Shown piece after piece: positions 47,401 through 58,443 of a stretch of 64,000 nucleotides of DNA. Below the pieces are notes generated by a model that had not been told where the DNA came from, made no database searches, and saw only the letters and a program-made list of their open reading frames with translations. Origin of the DNA: Squalus acanthias (lineage: Eukaryota); assembly GCA_030390025.1 (NCBI GenBank), contig CM059431.1, positions 125,428,001 to 125,492,000 of the forward strand, given 5' to 3'. The stretch's first letter is position 1. Each line of letters starts with the position of its first letter. The translations under genes were made by a program, and so were the position numbers.

Positions 47401-48678
47401 CTTATGTGTGGTGATGGTGCACCCTCAGAGGCTGGAGGCTCCTCTGAGGAGTCGTCTTCTCTTCCTCCTGGACAGTGGGGGGGACTCTTGATGGACCTGT
47501 GGGAGAGTAAAGAGATGAGTTAGAAATGTCATATCAGGAATGGGTAACAATACCATTATGCACATGATGAACATTCACTGGCCGCTGACATCAGTCCCCA
47601 TATGAGTGACTGCTGTATGCCATGTGGTTGTATCAGATGTAATTCTGTCACCAGGTTGCTGAGATGTCCCATCTCTCTGGCTCCCACCTCCAGCTGCTCT
47701 GCGACTGCTGAGACTTCCAGGACGACCTCTTCTGCTGCAGTTAAGGTGGCCAATGATGGAGGGCCACCTCCAGATCTCTCCCTCTCCCTCTCCCTCTTAT
47801 TGTGGGCTCTCTTCTCCTGCAAGGAGGAAAAGAAGAGAAGTTTGAGTGAGAGTGTTGGAATCAGTGTAAGGAATGGATGTGTTACATCTTTAGAGGATGA
47901 GTGGGATGCCAATGCCAAATGGCCTCCTTGCGTGTTGTTAGTTGGTATGATTGCATTAGGATGAGGGTGAGTGTGAGGGGTGGTTAGTCAGATGGGGATG
48001 TGATAATGTAGATAGAGAGCGATGGGTGGACGTGCAAGGTATGTTGGTGTGAGCAATGATGTGCAGAGCAGGCTTGGGAAGGCAGAGTGATGGGGATGTG
48101 ATGAGAGGCACAGCAGGATGAAGTTGAGTGTGGCTTTGCAGTCGCCTTTCCTGATCTAATGAGATCATTGAAGCGTTGCCGGCACTGCACACAGGTCCTC
48201 CTGACAACATCCTGCTGTTGACCTCCTCTGCAATCTCCGACCAGGCTCTTTTAGTCTGCTGGGGAGGTGTCTTCTGCCCTTCGGAAGGGAAGAGGAGCTC
48301 CCTGCGTGCTCTCACTCCCTCCACAAGTATATGGAGGGAGTCATCTGAGATCCTGGGTGCAGCCCTCTGCCTCTGTGCAGTCGTGTTTACAAGTGTTTGG
48401 AACACTCCAATGCTGCAGTACAGTGCCTGCACACTCCTAGATGAACCTTCAAATGCAATGTGGTCATGGCTCTTTTAAATATCTCGGCTGAAAATGCGTC
48501 AACGATGACGTCATCAGATCCGCACCATTTAACAGGGCCGGTTAACATGCAGGGCTGCCTTAATAGGCGCCATTAAGAGAAAGTTGATCTCAGGAGTGGA
48601 ATGAAATGAGGAACGGAGTCACGACCCGCCACGGTGACCACCCACACCCGACCCACCCAGGAACAGAAAATTCTGGCC
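44487..48678 (+). mobile_element. PIF/Harbinger transposon H3 (4.2 kb, uninterrupted but decayed; same family as H1 and H2)
   Basis: TIRs GGCCAGAATTTTC / GAAAATTCTGGCC, TSD CGA. Transposase remnants ~45013-46225 on +. Myb-like gene ~46507-48385 on -. Confidence 0.9.
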
Positions 48679-49453
48679 CGAGGAATTTCAAGTGCAAATT
48701 ACATTCAGCGCAAATTGAGTTTCCATGATCTTTTGCGCTAATTTATAAAACATCGCACTAGAAGCTGGCCCCGCCGACAAAACTGACCATGCCCCCAGAT
48801 TGAATTATGAGTTTCCGCTAACTGTGCCCATTTGCACGCCTTCGAGGAAGCTCCTAAAGTTAAGCTTTTTTTTTTAGGCGCAAGTACACTTTAAAAGCAC
48901 TTAAATATTAATAATTTACTAAGAAACTGACTACTGTACACCAGTGAAACTAATAAATGGTTCTGTATAGATTTTTAAAGTCAGTTTCAGTTATTTAAAA
49001 TTGGGTTACTCACAGGTGGTGGACTGGACACTTTCATTTAAAATGTTTATTTTTTGTGATAAACCCATTTTCAGCTGTATTAATAAAATTGCCCCAGGTT
49101 ACCACTCTTAAATATCAAGGAATATTTTTAATGCTAAATAAATGTAAATAATTACATTTTATAATGCTGCCCGATTGGCAGATTTTACGTTCGGTGATAT
49201 GCAAATGAGTTTGAGTGGAATCTTGAACAAAATTGCTGATTGCACACAAAGCTATGGGGTTACAGCACAAATTCCCCAAAATGATACCAGTGCTTAAAGG
49301 ATTAAATTCTGAGGACAGATTTCATAAAATTGGCTTGAGATTAGAAAGTTGAGGGGTGACCTAATAAAGGTTTTTAAATGATAAAGAAATTCAATAAGGT
49401 AGATACAAAGAAACTATTTCCTCTTGTAGTGGATTCGAGAACAAGAAGACATT

Positions 49454-51666
49454 GGCCTAGAAATTCGTGGCCGCCACCAGGGTTGCTGGTATCACCGGCA
49501 ACTTGGGTTAACGGCCGCTGAAAATGAAAGCAGTAATACCCGAGAAAAATTTGTGCTGGGGGCTGAAAAATTTTAGCACAGCGCTAACTTACTGTGCAAT
49601 GCCCTCATGGTGGCGTTAGTGCAGGCCTGCAAGTCAAAGTTCCCGTCCTGAAGTGGCATTCCAGCTTCTAACAGCCTCTGGGAGCGAGGCTGTGGAGTTT
49701 GCAAGGAATTGTGGGTAATTAAATGGGCTATGAATTAAAGGGGCAAAGCGTTCAGAAATAAAACAAAGTGAAAAAAATGCAGTTTTCAGCCCTTACTGCC
49801 TTTAAATAAAATTAACATTAAAAAGAAGTTCCAAATGGGAGTCTACAGCACTTAAAGTTGAATTCCCTTCCGAACCCCAAAAATGGGAAAAGTGCTTCAG
49901 CACTAGCACAAATGGCTCAGCAAGACAGGGAAGGGGCACCCAGGCCCTTGAACACAGCACTCCAGCTTTGTGCAGGGGGTCAACATTGCAAGAGAGGTCC
50001 TCTACCCACAGGAGGCCTCCAGAAAGGAGGATGTGGGAGCAGATCACCGAGGTCGTCACTGCTAACAGTGTCACCCCCCACCACCTGGCTCCAGTGCCCA
50101 AAGAAGCTTCAGGACCACTGGTCAAGGTCAGTGAATGCATTTTCAAAAGCTGTTTCCTACCAATTGAATCATTAACCTCACACACTGCTCAATGCACGAC
50201 TCCACCCTCCCCACCCCCCACAATCACTCACCTGCCAACAATCTGTACCAAGCAAAAGGCACATCTTTCATTCCTAGCCTCACTTCACCCCCTTGGAGGA
50301 GACGGTGCTGGCCATTCTTGGCAAGGGAATGGCTGAGCCCTTGGCCAGCGGCGGGGCAGAAAGGATACAAAATGCTGGTATCCTCGTGCGTTAACCTCAT
50401 TCTAGTATGCACCTCTTGCTTTCCCGCCCTCCCTTCATCACAACTCCACCCTTGTGCCATCCTCATTTCACACACCCAAGAAATGCAGCATGCCCAGCCA
50501 GTGGTTGGCCAAGAAGAGGTAGAGAAGAGAGAAGAAGAAGAAGAAACACCATCACTCGATTTGACAGTCCCAGCCACCAGCTCCTCAAGATTGACCAGCA
50601 AGGCCATTTGCAGTGTCCCCCACTGAAAGTAAGCAGCCTTCCACCAGCCATGCTGCAGCCACTGGGGGAGTACTGCGTGATATCAGTAGGAGAGGCAAAG
50701 GCACACATAAGACAGTCACTAAGAGAATGCATAAGGGTGATGAGTTGATTTCTTGATGTCATATTGAATGGATAGATGTATAAATTTGGATTGGAAAGTT
50801 TTCTTTGTGGCTGCTTTTATTTCAGCATCATTGCCAAGAGGACGCTGTGATGGTCAGTAACAGAGGGAAGATAAGGTATGGGGCTAATGTTAAAAAGGGA
50901 ATTAAGGTTGTGGTCACTGGGACCGCAGGCAGATGATACCATCCCGGATATCCAGGCCAGAAAGGGGCTGTTTGGGTTGCGTCCTTCCTTCTGCTTTGTC
51001 CTCTTCTGCATCTCTCCTCTTCTGCATCTTCCTCTTCTGCATCTTCTCTTCTGCATCTTCCTCTTCCCTCTGCAAGCAGATGCTGTAAATCTGAAATGAC
51101 AGCATAAAATGCTGGAAATACTCAGCAGGTCAGGCAGCATCTCGACCTGAGACATGAACTCAGTTTTTCTCTCTCCACGGATGTTGCCTGACCTGCTGAG
51201 TATTTGCAGCATTTTCTTTCTTCTCAGAAGCCTTCCTTTACCATTCGAGGCCTTGCAAGCATGCAGCAGCACTCCTTACACACATAAAAAACTTCTAACA
51301 TCAATTGCAGCAAGTCACTACTTCAATAAAATCAAAAAAGTCCAGTTCAAAAGCTTAAATGCAAACTTACCTGAAAGATGTGTGTGTCCCTTTAAGAGGT
51401 GCTGACAGCACCTCTGTTAGTCTGCTTGCACGCTGGGTTTACTGAACTCAGTGCTGGGGTTGAAGCTCACCGTGGTGATGTTATTTCGGCGTTGCACACC
51501 AACTGATGTCACCACTCCACCATTTTTCTTTGCAGGGCAATACTACTTAACAGCAGCGCTACCAGGACTTCGAAAATGGAGGACTAGCGGGCGGAAGAGC
51601 GGAGGCTGCTTTTTTCTCGACATTAAGCCTTGCTAACAGGTGCCGCAAACTATGCGAATTTCTAGC
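49454..51666. mobile_element. Non-autonomous Harbinger-like element inserted in an old CR1 3' fragment (~49290-49453 and ~51667-51910)
   Basis: Ends GGCCTAGAAATTCG / CGAATTTCTAGC. Homologous to the element at 1-5131. CR1 sequence resumes on both sides. Confidence 0.68.
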
Positions 51667-52961
51667 TTAAAATTGGAGCTAGGCCATTTCGGAGTGAAAT
51701 CAGGAAACACTTTTTCACAGAAAGGGCAGTAGAAATCTGGAACTCGCTCCCCCAAGGGGCTCTGCCAGCTGGGTGAATTCAGATTCTCAAGACTGAGATC
51801 AATAGGTTATTATTGGGTAAGGATATCATGGGATATGAAGAAAAGACAGGTAGATGGAGGTGAGGAACAGATCAGCCATAATCTGTTTCAATGTGGAACA
51901 AGCTCGAGCGGCTGACCGTCTGCTGTTTCTATATCACTGTCATGAGGTCACCTGTATTACTCTACACATAACATTAGTTGGAATGTTATCGCTATACCAC
52001 AGCCATAAACTCTTCATTAAACTATTGCAGACTGAATGGATTTACAACTAACACAAAGCTGCCACCCGATTTCCTTGCATTATGGGCCAGATTTTCTGAT
52101 TCTGATTAAAATAGGTTCGTGCAGGCTCAAGTCTTGGACGCACCCAACTCTTACCATGGGGGATTGGAGGGGGGTGGGGGGGGGGATGTGTCCAATTTTC
52201 TAATATAAGCGCCACGCCTTATTTTGACTTGGCTACACAGGAGCCAGGCCTGCAGCACACTTCGCTGGGGATTGGAAAATTGGCCACTATTTGCCTGTTC
52301 CACTCCTAACAGCAGAGGTATGCGCAATTTTTCTCGCATTCAACTAAGTTTTGTAGATGCTGTATATAATGATAAACTCAATGATTACCTTGGAACTTAA
52401 TTAGCCGCTAGAGAAAACACAGAAATCTATTTGCTCCGATTCTTTATAAATTGCGACAGCAAAACAATTATGTGACTTGCATTTCTTTCCAAAGGAGAAT
52501 GGTATCACTTTATGCATTGACATAACAGCAGATACATACCAACTGTCAATGTTTTTGTTGAACGAGTTTCTGAAAGAATCATTACTGATTTAAATTTTCT
52601 CAGTCTCCCTTATGAAGAGCCAAGGCATCATAAAATGAGCTCGATAAAATCTGGAACAGTAACAGATGAATTTAAAACAAAAAACAAAACACAGAAAATG
52701 CTGCAAACACTCCACAGCATGTGTGGAGAGAGAAAGATAGGATGAATATTTCAGGTCAATCCTTTTGTCAGGACAGAAAAATTAAATATTGTTTTTTATT
52801 CATTCTTGGGGTGTGGGCATCATTGGTAAGGCTGACATTCATTGCCCATCCCAAATTGCCCTGAGAAGATGGTGCTGGGTCAACTGATGACTTACTAGTT
52901 CACTGCAGAGGGCAGATAAGAGTCAGCCATGTTGGTGTGGGACTGGAGTCATATATACGCC

Positions 52962-53895
52962 AAACATAAGAACATAAGAAATAGGAGCAGGAGTGGCCAT
53001 TTGACCCTTCGAGCCTGCTCCGCCATTCAATAAGATCATAGGTCATCTTCTACCTCAACTCCACCTTCTCGCACTATCCCCTTATCCCTTAATTCCCTTA
53101 GTTCCCAAAAATTTATTGACCTCTATCTTGAATATACTCAACGACTGAGCATCCACAGCTCTCTGGGTGAGAATTCCAAAGATTCAGAACGCTTTGAGTG
53201 AAGAAGTTTCTCCTCATCGCAGTCCTAAATGGCCGACCCATTATTCTGAGACTGTGACACCGTGTTCTAGATTCCCCAGCTGGGGAAACATTTTCTCTGC
53301 ATTAACCCTGTCAAGCCCCTTAAGAATGTTATATGTTTCAATTATATCACCTTTCATTCTTATAAACTCTAGGGAATATAGGCCTAGTCTACTCAATCTC
53401 TCCTCATAGGGCAATCCCCTCATTCCAGGAACCAGTCCAGTGAACCTTTGTTGCACTCCCTCTAAGGCAAGTATGCCTTTCCTTAGGTAAGGAGACCAGA
53501 ACTGTAAACAGTACCCCAGGTATGACCTCACCAATGCCCTGTATAATTGTAGTAAGACTTCTTTACTCTTATACTCTAATCCCTTTGTAACAAAAGCTAA
53601 CATACCATTTGCTTTCTTAATTGCTTGCTGTTCCTGCATGTTAACTTTCTGTGATTCATGTACAAGGACACCCAGGTCCCTCTGAATGCAAACATTTCCC
53701 AGTCTCTCACCATTCAAAAAATATTCTGCTTTTTTGTTTTTCCTACCAAAGTGGATAACTTCACACTTCCCCACACTGTATTCCATTTGCCATGTTCTTG
53801 CCCACTCAGTCAACCTGCCTATAACTCTCTGCAGCCTCTTTGCGTGCTCCTCACAGCTTACTTTTGCACCTAACTTTGTATCATCAGCAAACTGG
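52962..53895 (-). mobile_element. 5'-truncated CR1 LINE
   Basis: QFADDTKL, WARTWQMEYSVGKCEVIHFG, LYRALVR. Tail at 52962-52980. Confidence 0.9.
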
Positions 53896-54349
53896 TAAGG
53901 ACAGCAGTTTCCTTCCCTGAGAACATTCATGATCCATTAGGGTGTATACGACAATCCAGCACCTTCATGGTCTATTTTACTGATACCAGCAGTTTTTTTC
54001 CAAGTTTTTTTTAAACTGAATTCAAATTCTCAAACTGCTCTGGTGCAATTTGAGCTCACCACCTCTGGATTATTAGTTCAACCCTCTGAATTGATAGTCT
54101 AGTAACATCACTGCTATACCACCATTCCCTTCTTAAATCTGAATAAGTGTAAATATTTCACATTGGAAGAAAGAAGGATGATGTGTAGCTAAGGATAAAA
54201 TTGAAGGAAATCAGAAGATGCTGATAGACGGGACGATTAACATGGGCAGTCACAGTGGAGCAAGAATCAATCAAAAAAACTACAGAATCATGTTGCTAAG
54301 TAAGAGGATGCCATACAAGACTGTACAATGCACTGGTTAAACGCCTTTA

Positions 54350-54945
54350 GGGGTAAAATTTGGGTTGGTTTGTGCCTCTCGTTAGCTCCCCCGGGGGGCG
54401 CTAACAGGGCGCAAATCCCCGAGCGCCTGGGCACGGTGCCACTAATGCCTCCTGCGAAATTCAGCGGGAGGTTAGCGGCAGCGGTCGCCGGTAGCACCCC
54501 GTGGTGCTGCGCCGCCGGCAATGACATCATCGCCATGTGCAACGCCCCGCATGCGCCCCGGCCGCAAACTTCCCTTGTGCCCCCTGACCTATCGCTGGAT
54601 GATATGTCTGACAGCATCAGGGGGCGTTGTTGCAGCGCCGGCAGCACTACTTAAAGGGCAGGTGTTGGGTGGCCATTTTTATTTTGGCTGACTGCCCGCA
54701 CCTGTCTCCTTTCCCTTTTGTATCCGGGGTGCCGGCCGCGTTTGCTCAGCCCGGCACTCCTCTTGAGTGCTGGGCTATTTTCATGGCACCCCACTCCTCG
54801 GTGGTCCAGCAGGGCGCAGCACGAGGCCCCTCCTTTTTAATCAGGGGAGGAGGCCTGTAATGACGCGGCGCAATGTGCCACCACTCGTGGCGCTGTTGCA
54901 CGTAGCGCTGCGATCTTCAGTAGTAGCGCCCCAGGAAGGAGGTGG
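54350..54945. mobile_element. One end of a GC-rich Harbinger-like element, target of the second provirus
   Basis: Starts TTA|GGGGTAAAATTTGG...GCCTCTCGTTAGC, resembling the H5 and 38208-39002 termini. The partner end was not found. Confidence 0.55.
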
Positions 54946-56630
54946 TGTAGAATTCGCAATATATCGCGATTTTATAAATAAGGAGAAAACACAGAGTCTC
55001 GTTCAAACAGCTTTTATTTCAGCAGAATGCTGCCAGGTTGTTCAAAGTGGACACAAGCAGCCTGTAAAATGGCCGCCGCACCTCGTGACAGAACATTCTA
55101 GACTTTTCGACAGGCAGACAAGATGGCGTTCCAATAAACATTTGTGCAAGATCGATTAAGATTCAGCACAGTGAAGATAATACACGAGACATTATGGGTT
55201 TGCAGTATACACATAAATACTGAAATCGGTCTCCCAGGTACGAATGAAAGCTATTGTACCGAGTAATCAAGGGCCCATCCAAAAGACATTAATATGTAAA
55301 ATCCCAACGACTCTACGATGAGAGAGCCGTTAGCAGGTAGTTATACAAAACACTTGAAGCCCCAAAAACCCCTCCAGGGAGAACACCGACCGATTTAACA
55401 ATGGGAGAAATATTAACAGGTACTCAGACATTTACGAGTAGCCCCGAAACCCATTAAGAACGGAGATCACCCATACAAGACATTTGAGCGCCAGACCCTA
55501 ACAAAAGAAAGGACATTAAGGTTGGGCGGGAAACGGAAGATTTTGCACTATAATTGCAGGCTCCAAACCGTCCATCTCTCTCTTATCCTCGTGGCTGCTC
55601 CTGTGCTCTTATTCTCTTATCCGATCGACTCGTAACCTCGTGGCTGCTCCTGTGTTTTGACTCGTAGTCGGGTTCCTGCTTGCCTGGTGCCTCTTTGAAA
55701 AAGACTGTTGAACTTTCTGATCCGTTCGGATCTACCTCGTGTCGCGTAACGAAGACCTATGTTGGTAACTGGCAGCGGAACCAAAGGCCCGAGATGAGAT
55801 GAGATGAGATGAGATGAGATGAGATGAGATGAGAAGAGAGGAAGACCATACTCATCGCCACGGTCAGTAAATCCCGACCGCGCCTGTAGGTCGAATAGCC
55901 AAGTTTTCCTTGCCAGGGAGACTTCTTCGAACTTGCAAGAACGGTTCATCATCGATGATATTGACTAATCTGTGAACCCGGCTCGGAAAAGTACCTGTTA
56001 AACCAACCAACACAGGTCTTCATCACAGCAGACGGTCCAGCCTGCTAGCCGGAGCATAAGCAAGTAAACAAGTGGGACCAGGAGATCTCCTGACCGACAC
56101 GTGGGTGCTGCGGTGAAAAACATCCGATCAGCTATTCGGAATTTCTCCGAGTTATCACGAGTGGTGAGCATGAGTCTCGAAATCCTACGAATCTAGTTAG
56201 GACAGATATTGATAGGGGAGGGTTTAAGTATTAAGGATACTTGTAATGTGTGCCCCTATTTACGGTGTGTCGTTCGTTCCTCGTTTCCCCAGGATCAGCT
56301 ATATAACTGCTTGTAAGATTGTACTGTCATTAATCTGTGCTTATGACATGTATTTCATAATCTTAAATATCATGCAATAAAGATTTTCCATTTCGTACCA
56401 TTCAACCGAGTCTACATGAGTTTCATCTCCATTACTGCTCTCGCATCTAAGTCCAGTGTCTAGAACCGTAAGGGCGAGTGATTCGAACCACTCACAGGTG
56501 TGTCTAGTGCTCCCAGACTGGCTGGAGACCAGAACAGGCAACAAGGCCTAAACCCGCACTGACACACAGGCTGCACAGAGCCGCGTGAATCTCACAGGCT
56601 GCGAGACACGCAGGGTCAGAATCCCTTACA
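54946..56630 (+). repeat. 5' LTR of provirus 2 (1685 bp)
   Basis: Conserved termini. AATAAA at 56376-56381. TATA-like candidates at 55549 and ~56300. (GAGAT)n at 55791-55830. Confidence 0.93.
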
Positions 56631-56634
56631 GAAA

Positions 56635-58443
56635 ATGGCGACCGCGGCAGGACACTGGCAGCGAGAGGGTAGTGTGTTAGACTTTGGAATGACTGTACGA
56701 AATGTTATGCAGGAAAAGATAGCAGATTATGTGTTCGGAAAGGTTAATCTAACTAAGAAATGGATAAGTGAATTGTTAGCGGATAAAAGCCCGCTAGAGG
56801 CAGCCGAAAGGTGGACAGATAGTAAAGAACATAGAAAGACACTCGAGAAAGCAGTCTGGCTTATGTGTTACAAAAGGCAGGTTCAGATTTCAAACCAGAC
56901 CATTACAGCGCTAGTAGCTCGAATCAGTCATTTAGAGGGAGAAATGGATGAGAAGGTTTCTGGAGGGGAAGTGCTCATTAAGAATTTAAGTGAGTTGCAC
57001 CAAGAAAGCCAGGAAATCTCCAGTCACCTTAAAACAAGGATAGATTATCTCGAGTGCCAGGTCACTGAGGCAAAGTTAAATGAGAGCAGGTTAAAGGAAA
57101 GATGTGGCCGCCAAGCTGCCCAGATAAGAACTCAGGAAGAGAGCTTAACGGGGGTTAGGGCGGCATATAAGTTGGCCCTTGAGGATAAGTTTGAGGGAGC
57201 CGACCATAGCGCCTGCCAAAGGGAGATAGAGAACCTCAAGAAGGCCGTAAACAAAGCGAACGGCATGGTGTGCCTTATCAGTCCGTCAGCACACCAGCCG
57301 TTAGTAGGTGAGAAGTTTAAGAAATCCCCACCAAGTAAAGCAGAGGAAGTAGTAGCCACTGCGCCCTCCGCGCCACCCAGCTATTCGGAAACCTGGGTAA
57401 GGGAGGAAGCAATGGAAGAAACGAAAGAGCCCATTGAGAAAGAAGTGGGAAAGGGACCATTGTATCCAGTAACGGGTATTAAAAGGGGCCCAAACAGAAA
57501 CGGTGGGGAAGAACCAGGGGATCTCCTCGGACAGCTTGTGTTGCCTCACAGCTCACACCAGCTGAGAGCTATGATAAATCACGTACGGAAGCTGACCGAG
57601 TCAGACGACCCTTCCGTACATTTCAGAGAAGTTGAGCAAGCCGCAGCCATTAACGGCTGCGATGATGGGGAGACAGCAAAAATGCTGCTGTTCTCATTAG
57701 ACAGCTCGGTCCTTCAGTGTCTCTCGGGCGAGAGCAAGAGGGGAACCAAGACTTATGAGGAATTAAAGAATGAGGTCCTGGAAGTGTTGGGGGCGAACGA
57801 TGAAGGTCCGTTTGCTAGAGTGGGACAGACAGTGCAGATGGAGGGAGAACCCCCAAAGGTTTTTGCCGACAGGCTGTGGCCAGTATATGAGCGCAGCTGT
57901 CTAGGTGCGCCCGAGCGCGAAGATGTGGAAGGCGCCGCTTTAACTCATTGGCTTAGGTGCATAATAGCCAACAGTTTACCAGCCGTCAGAGAGCAGGCAA
58001 AAGCATGGTTTGATCCCAATGACCCCAACATTACGGAAGAGTCGGTCTTGAATCGACTCACGTTAGGATATCGCAATATAAGGGGTATGGCAACACGTCC
58101 CCTTAAGGGAAGAGTACATGAGGTACGACCCGCAGCCCCGTATCAAAGAGAGTGGCATCAGGAGGGTAATCGCGCCCCACAGGCAAGTAATGCTTGTTAC
58201 GGGTGTGGGAAGACAGGGCACTGGCGCAAGCATTGCAGGAACCCTTGGAAAGATTCCAAGGATAAAAATCCCGCGGTCCGAGCCCAGGCGCCTGTCCCGG
58301 CTAGGGAAGCTAATGCACCCACCCCTCCCGACGACATCGAAGTAGTGTTAGGAGCCATGCGCAATCTCTTGAGTGCACGTGGACAGGTGGCGGTCGCAAT
58401 CGGCCCCGTAGGTGCCGCAGGACCGTCTAATAGTACCCCATGA
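56635..58443 (+). CDS. gag: Gag, 602 aa, intact
   Basis: Colinear with 32279-34090. Has PSAPPSY and the CCHC knuckle, and ends TGA-CTAG. Confidence 0.9.
   Translation: MATAAGHWQREGSVLDFGMTVRNVMQEKIADYVFGKVNLTKKWISELLADKSPLEAAERWTDSKEHRKTLEKAVWLMCYKRQVQISNQTITALVARISHLEGEMDEKVSGGEVLIKNLSELHQESQEISSHLKTRIDYLECQVTEAKLNESRLKERCGRQAAQIRTQEESLTGVRAAYKLALEDKFEGADHSACQREIENLKKAVNKANGMVCLISPSAHQPLVGEKFKKSPPSKAEEVVATAPSAPPSYSETWVREEAMEETKEPIEKEVGKGPLYPVTGIKRGPNRNGGEEPGDLLGQLVLPHSSHQLRAMINHVRKLTESDDPSVHFREVEQAAAINGCDDGETAKMLLFSLDSSVLQCLSGESKRGTKTYEELKNEVLEVLGANDEGPFARVGQTVQMEGEPPKVFADRLWPVYERSCLGAPEREDVEGAALTHWLRCIIANSLPAVREQAKAWFDPNDPNITEESVLNRLTLGYRNIRGMATRPLKGRVHEVRPAAPYQREWHQEGNRAPQASNACYGCGKTGHWRKHCRNPWKDSKDKNPAVRAQAPVPAREANAPTPPDDIEVVLGAMRNLLSARGQVAVAIGPVGAAGPSNSTP
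56636..56653 (+). other. Primer-binding site, tRNA-Arg(TCG)
   Basis: TGGCGACCGCGGCAGGAC, identical to the PBS of provirus 1. Confidence 0.85.

Noticed and set aside
52540..52660. Possible small host exon on the minus strand (AG...GTATGT)
   Set aside because: The longer version has stops in all frames, and the 30-nt version has no supporting homology.
54931..54945. Purine-rich CAGGAAGGAGGTGG before the provirus-2 LTR as a PPT
   Set aside because: Upstream DNA is Harbinger-like with no env remnant, and the LTR is followed by a PBS, so it is a 5' LTR and this is flanking sequence.
55791..55830. (GAGAT)n and other short repeats as CRISPR-like arrays
   Set aside because: These are simple microsatellites without spacers, in eukaryotic DNA.
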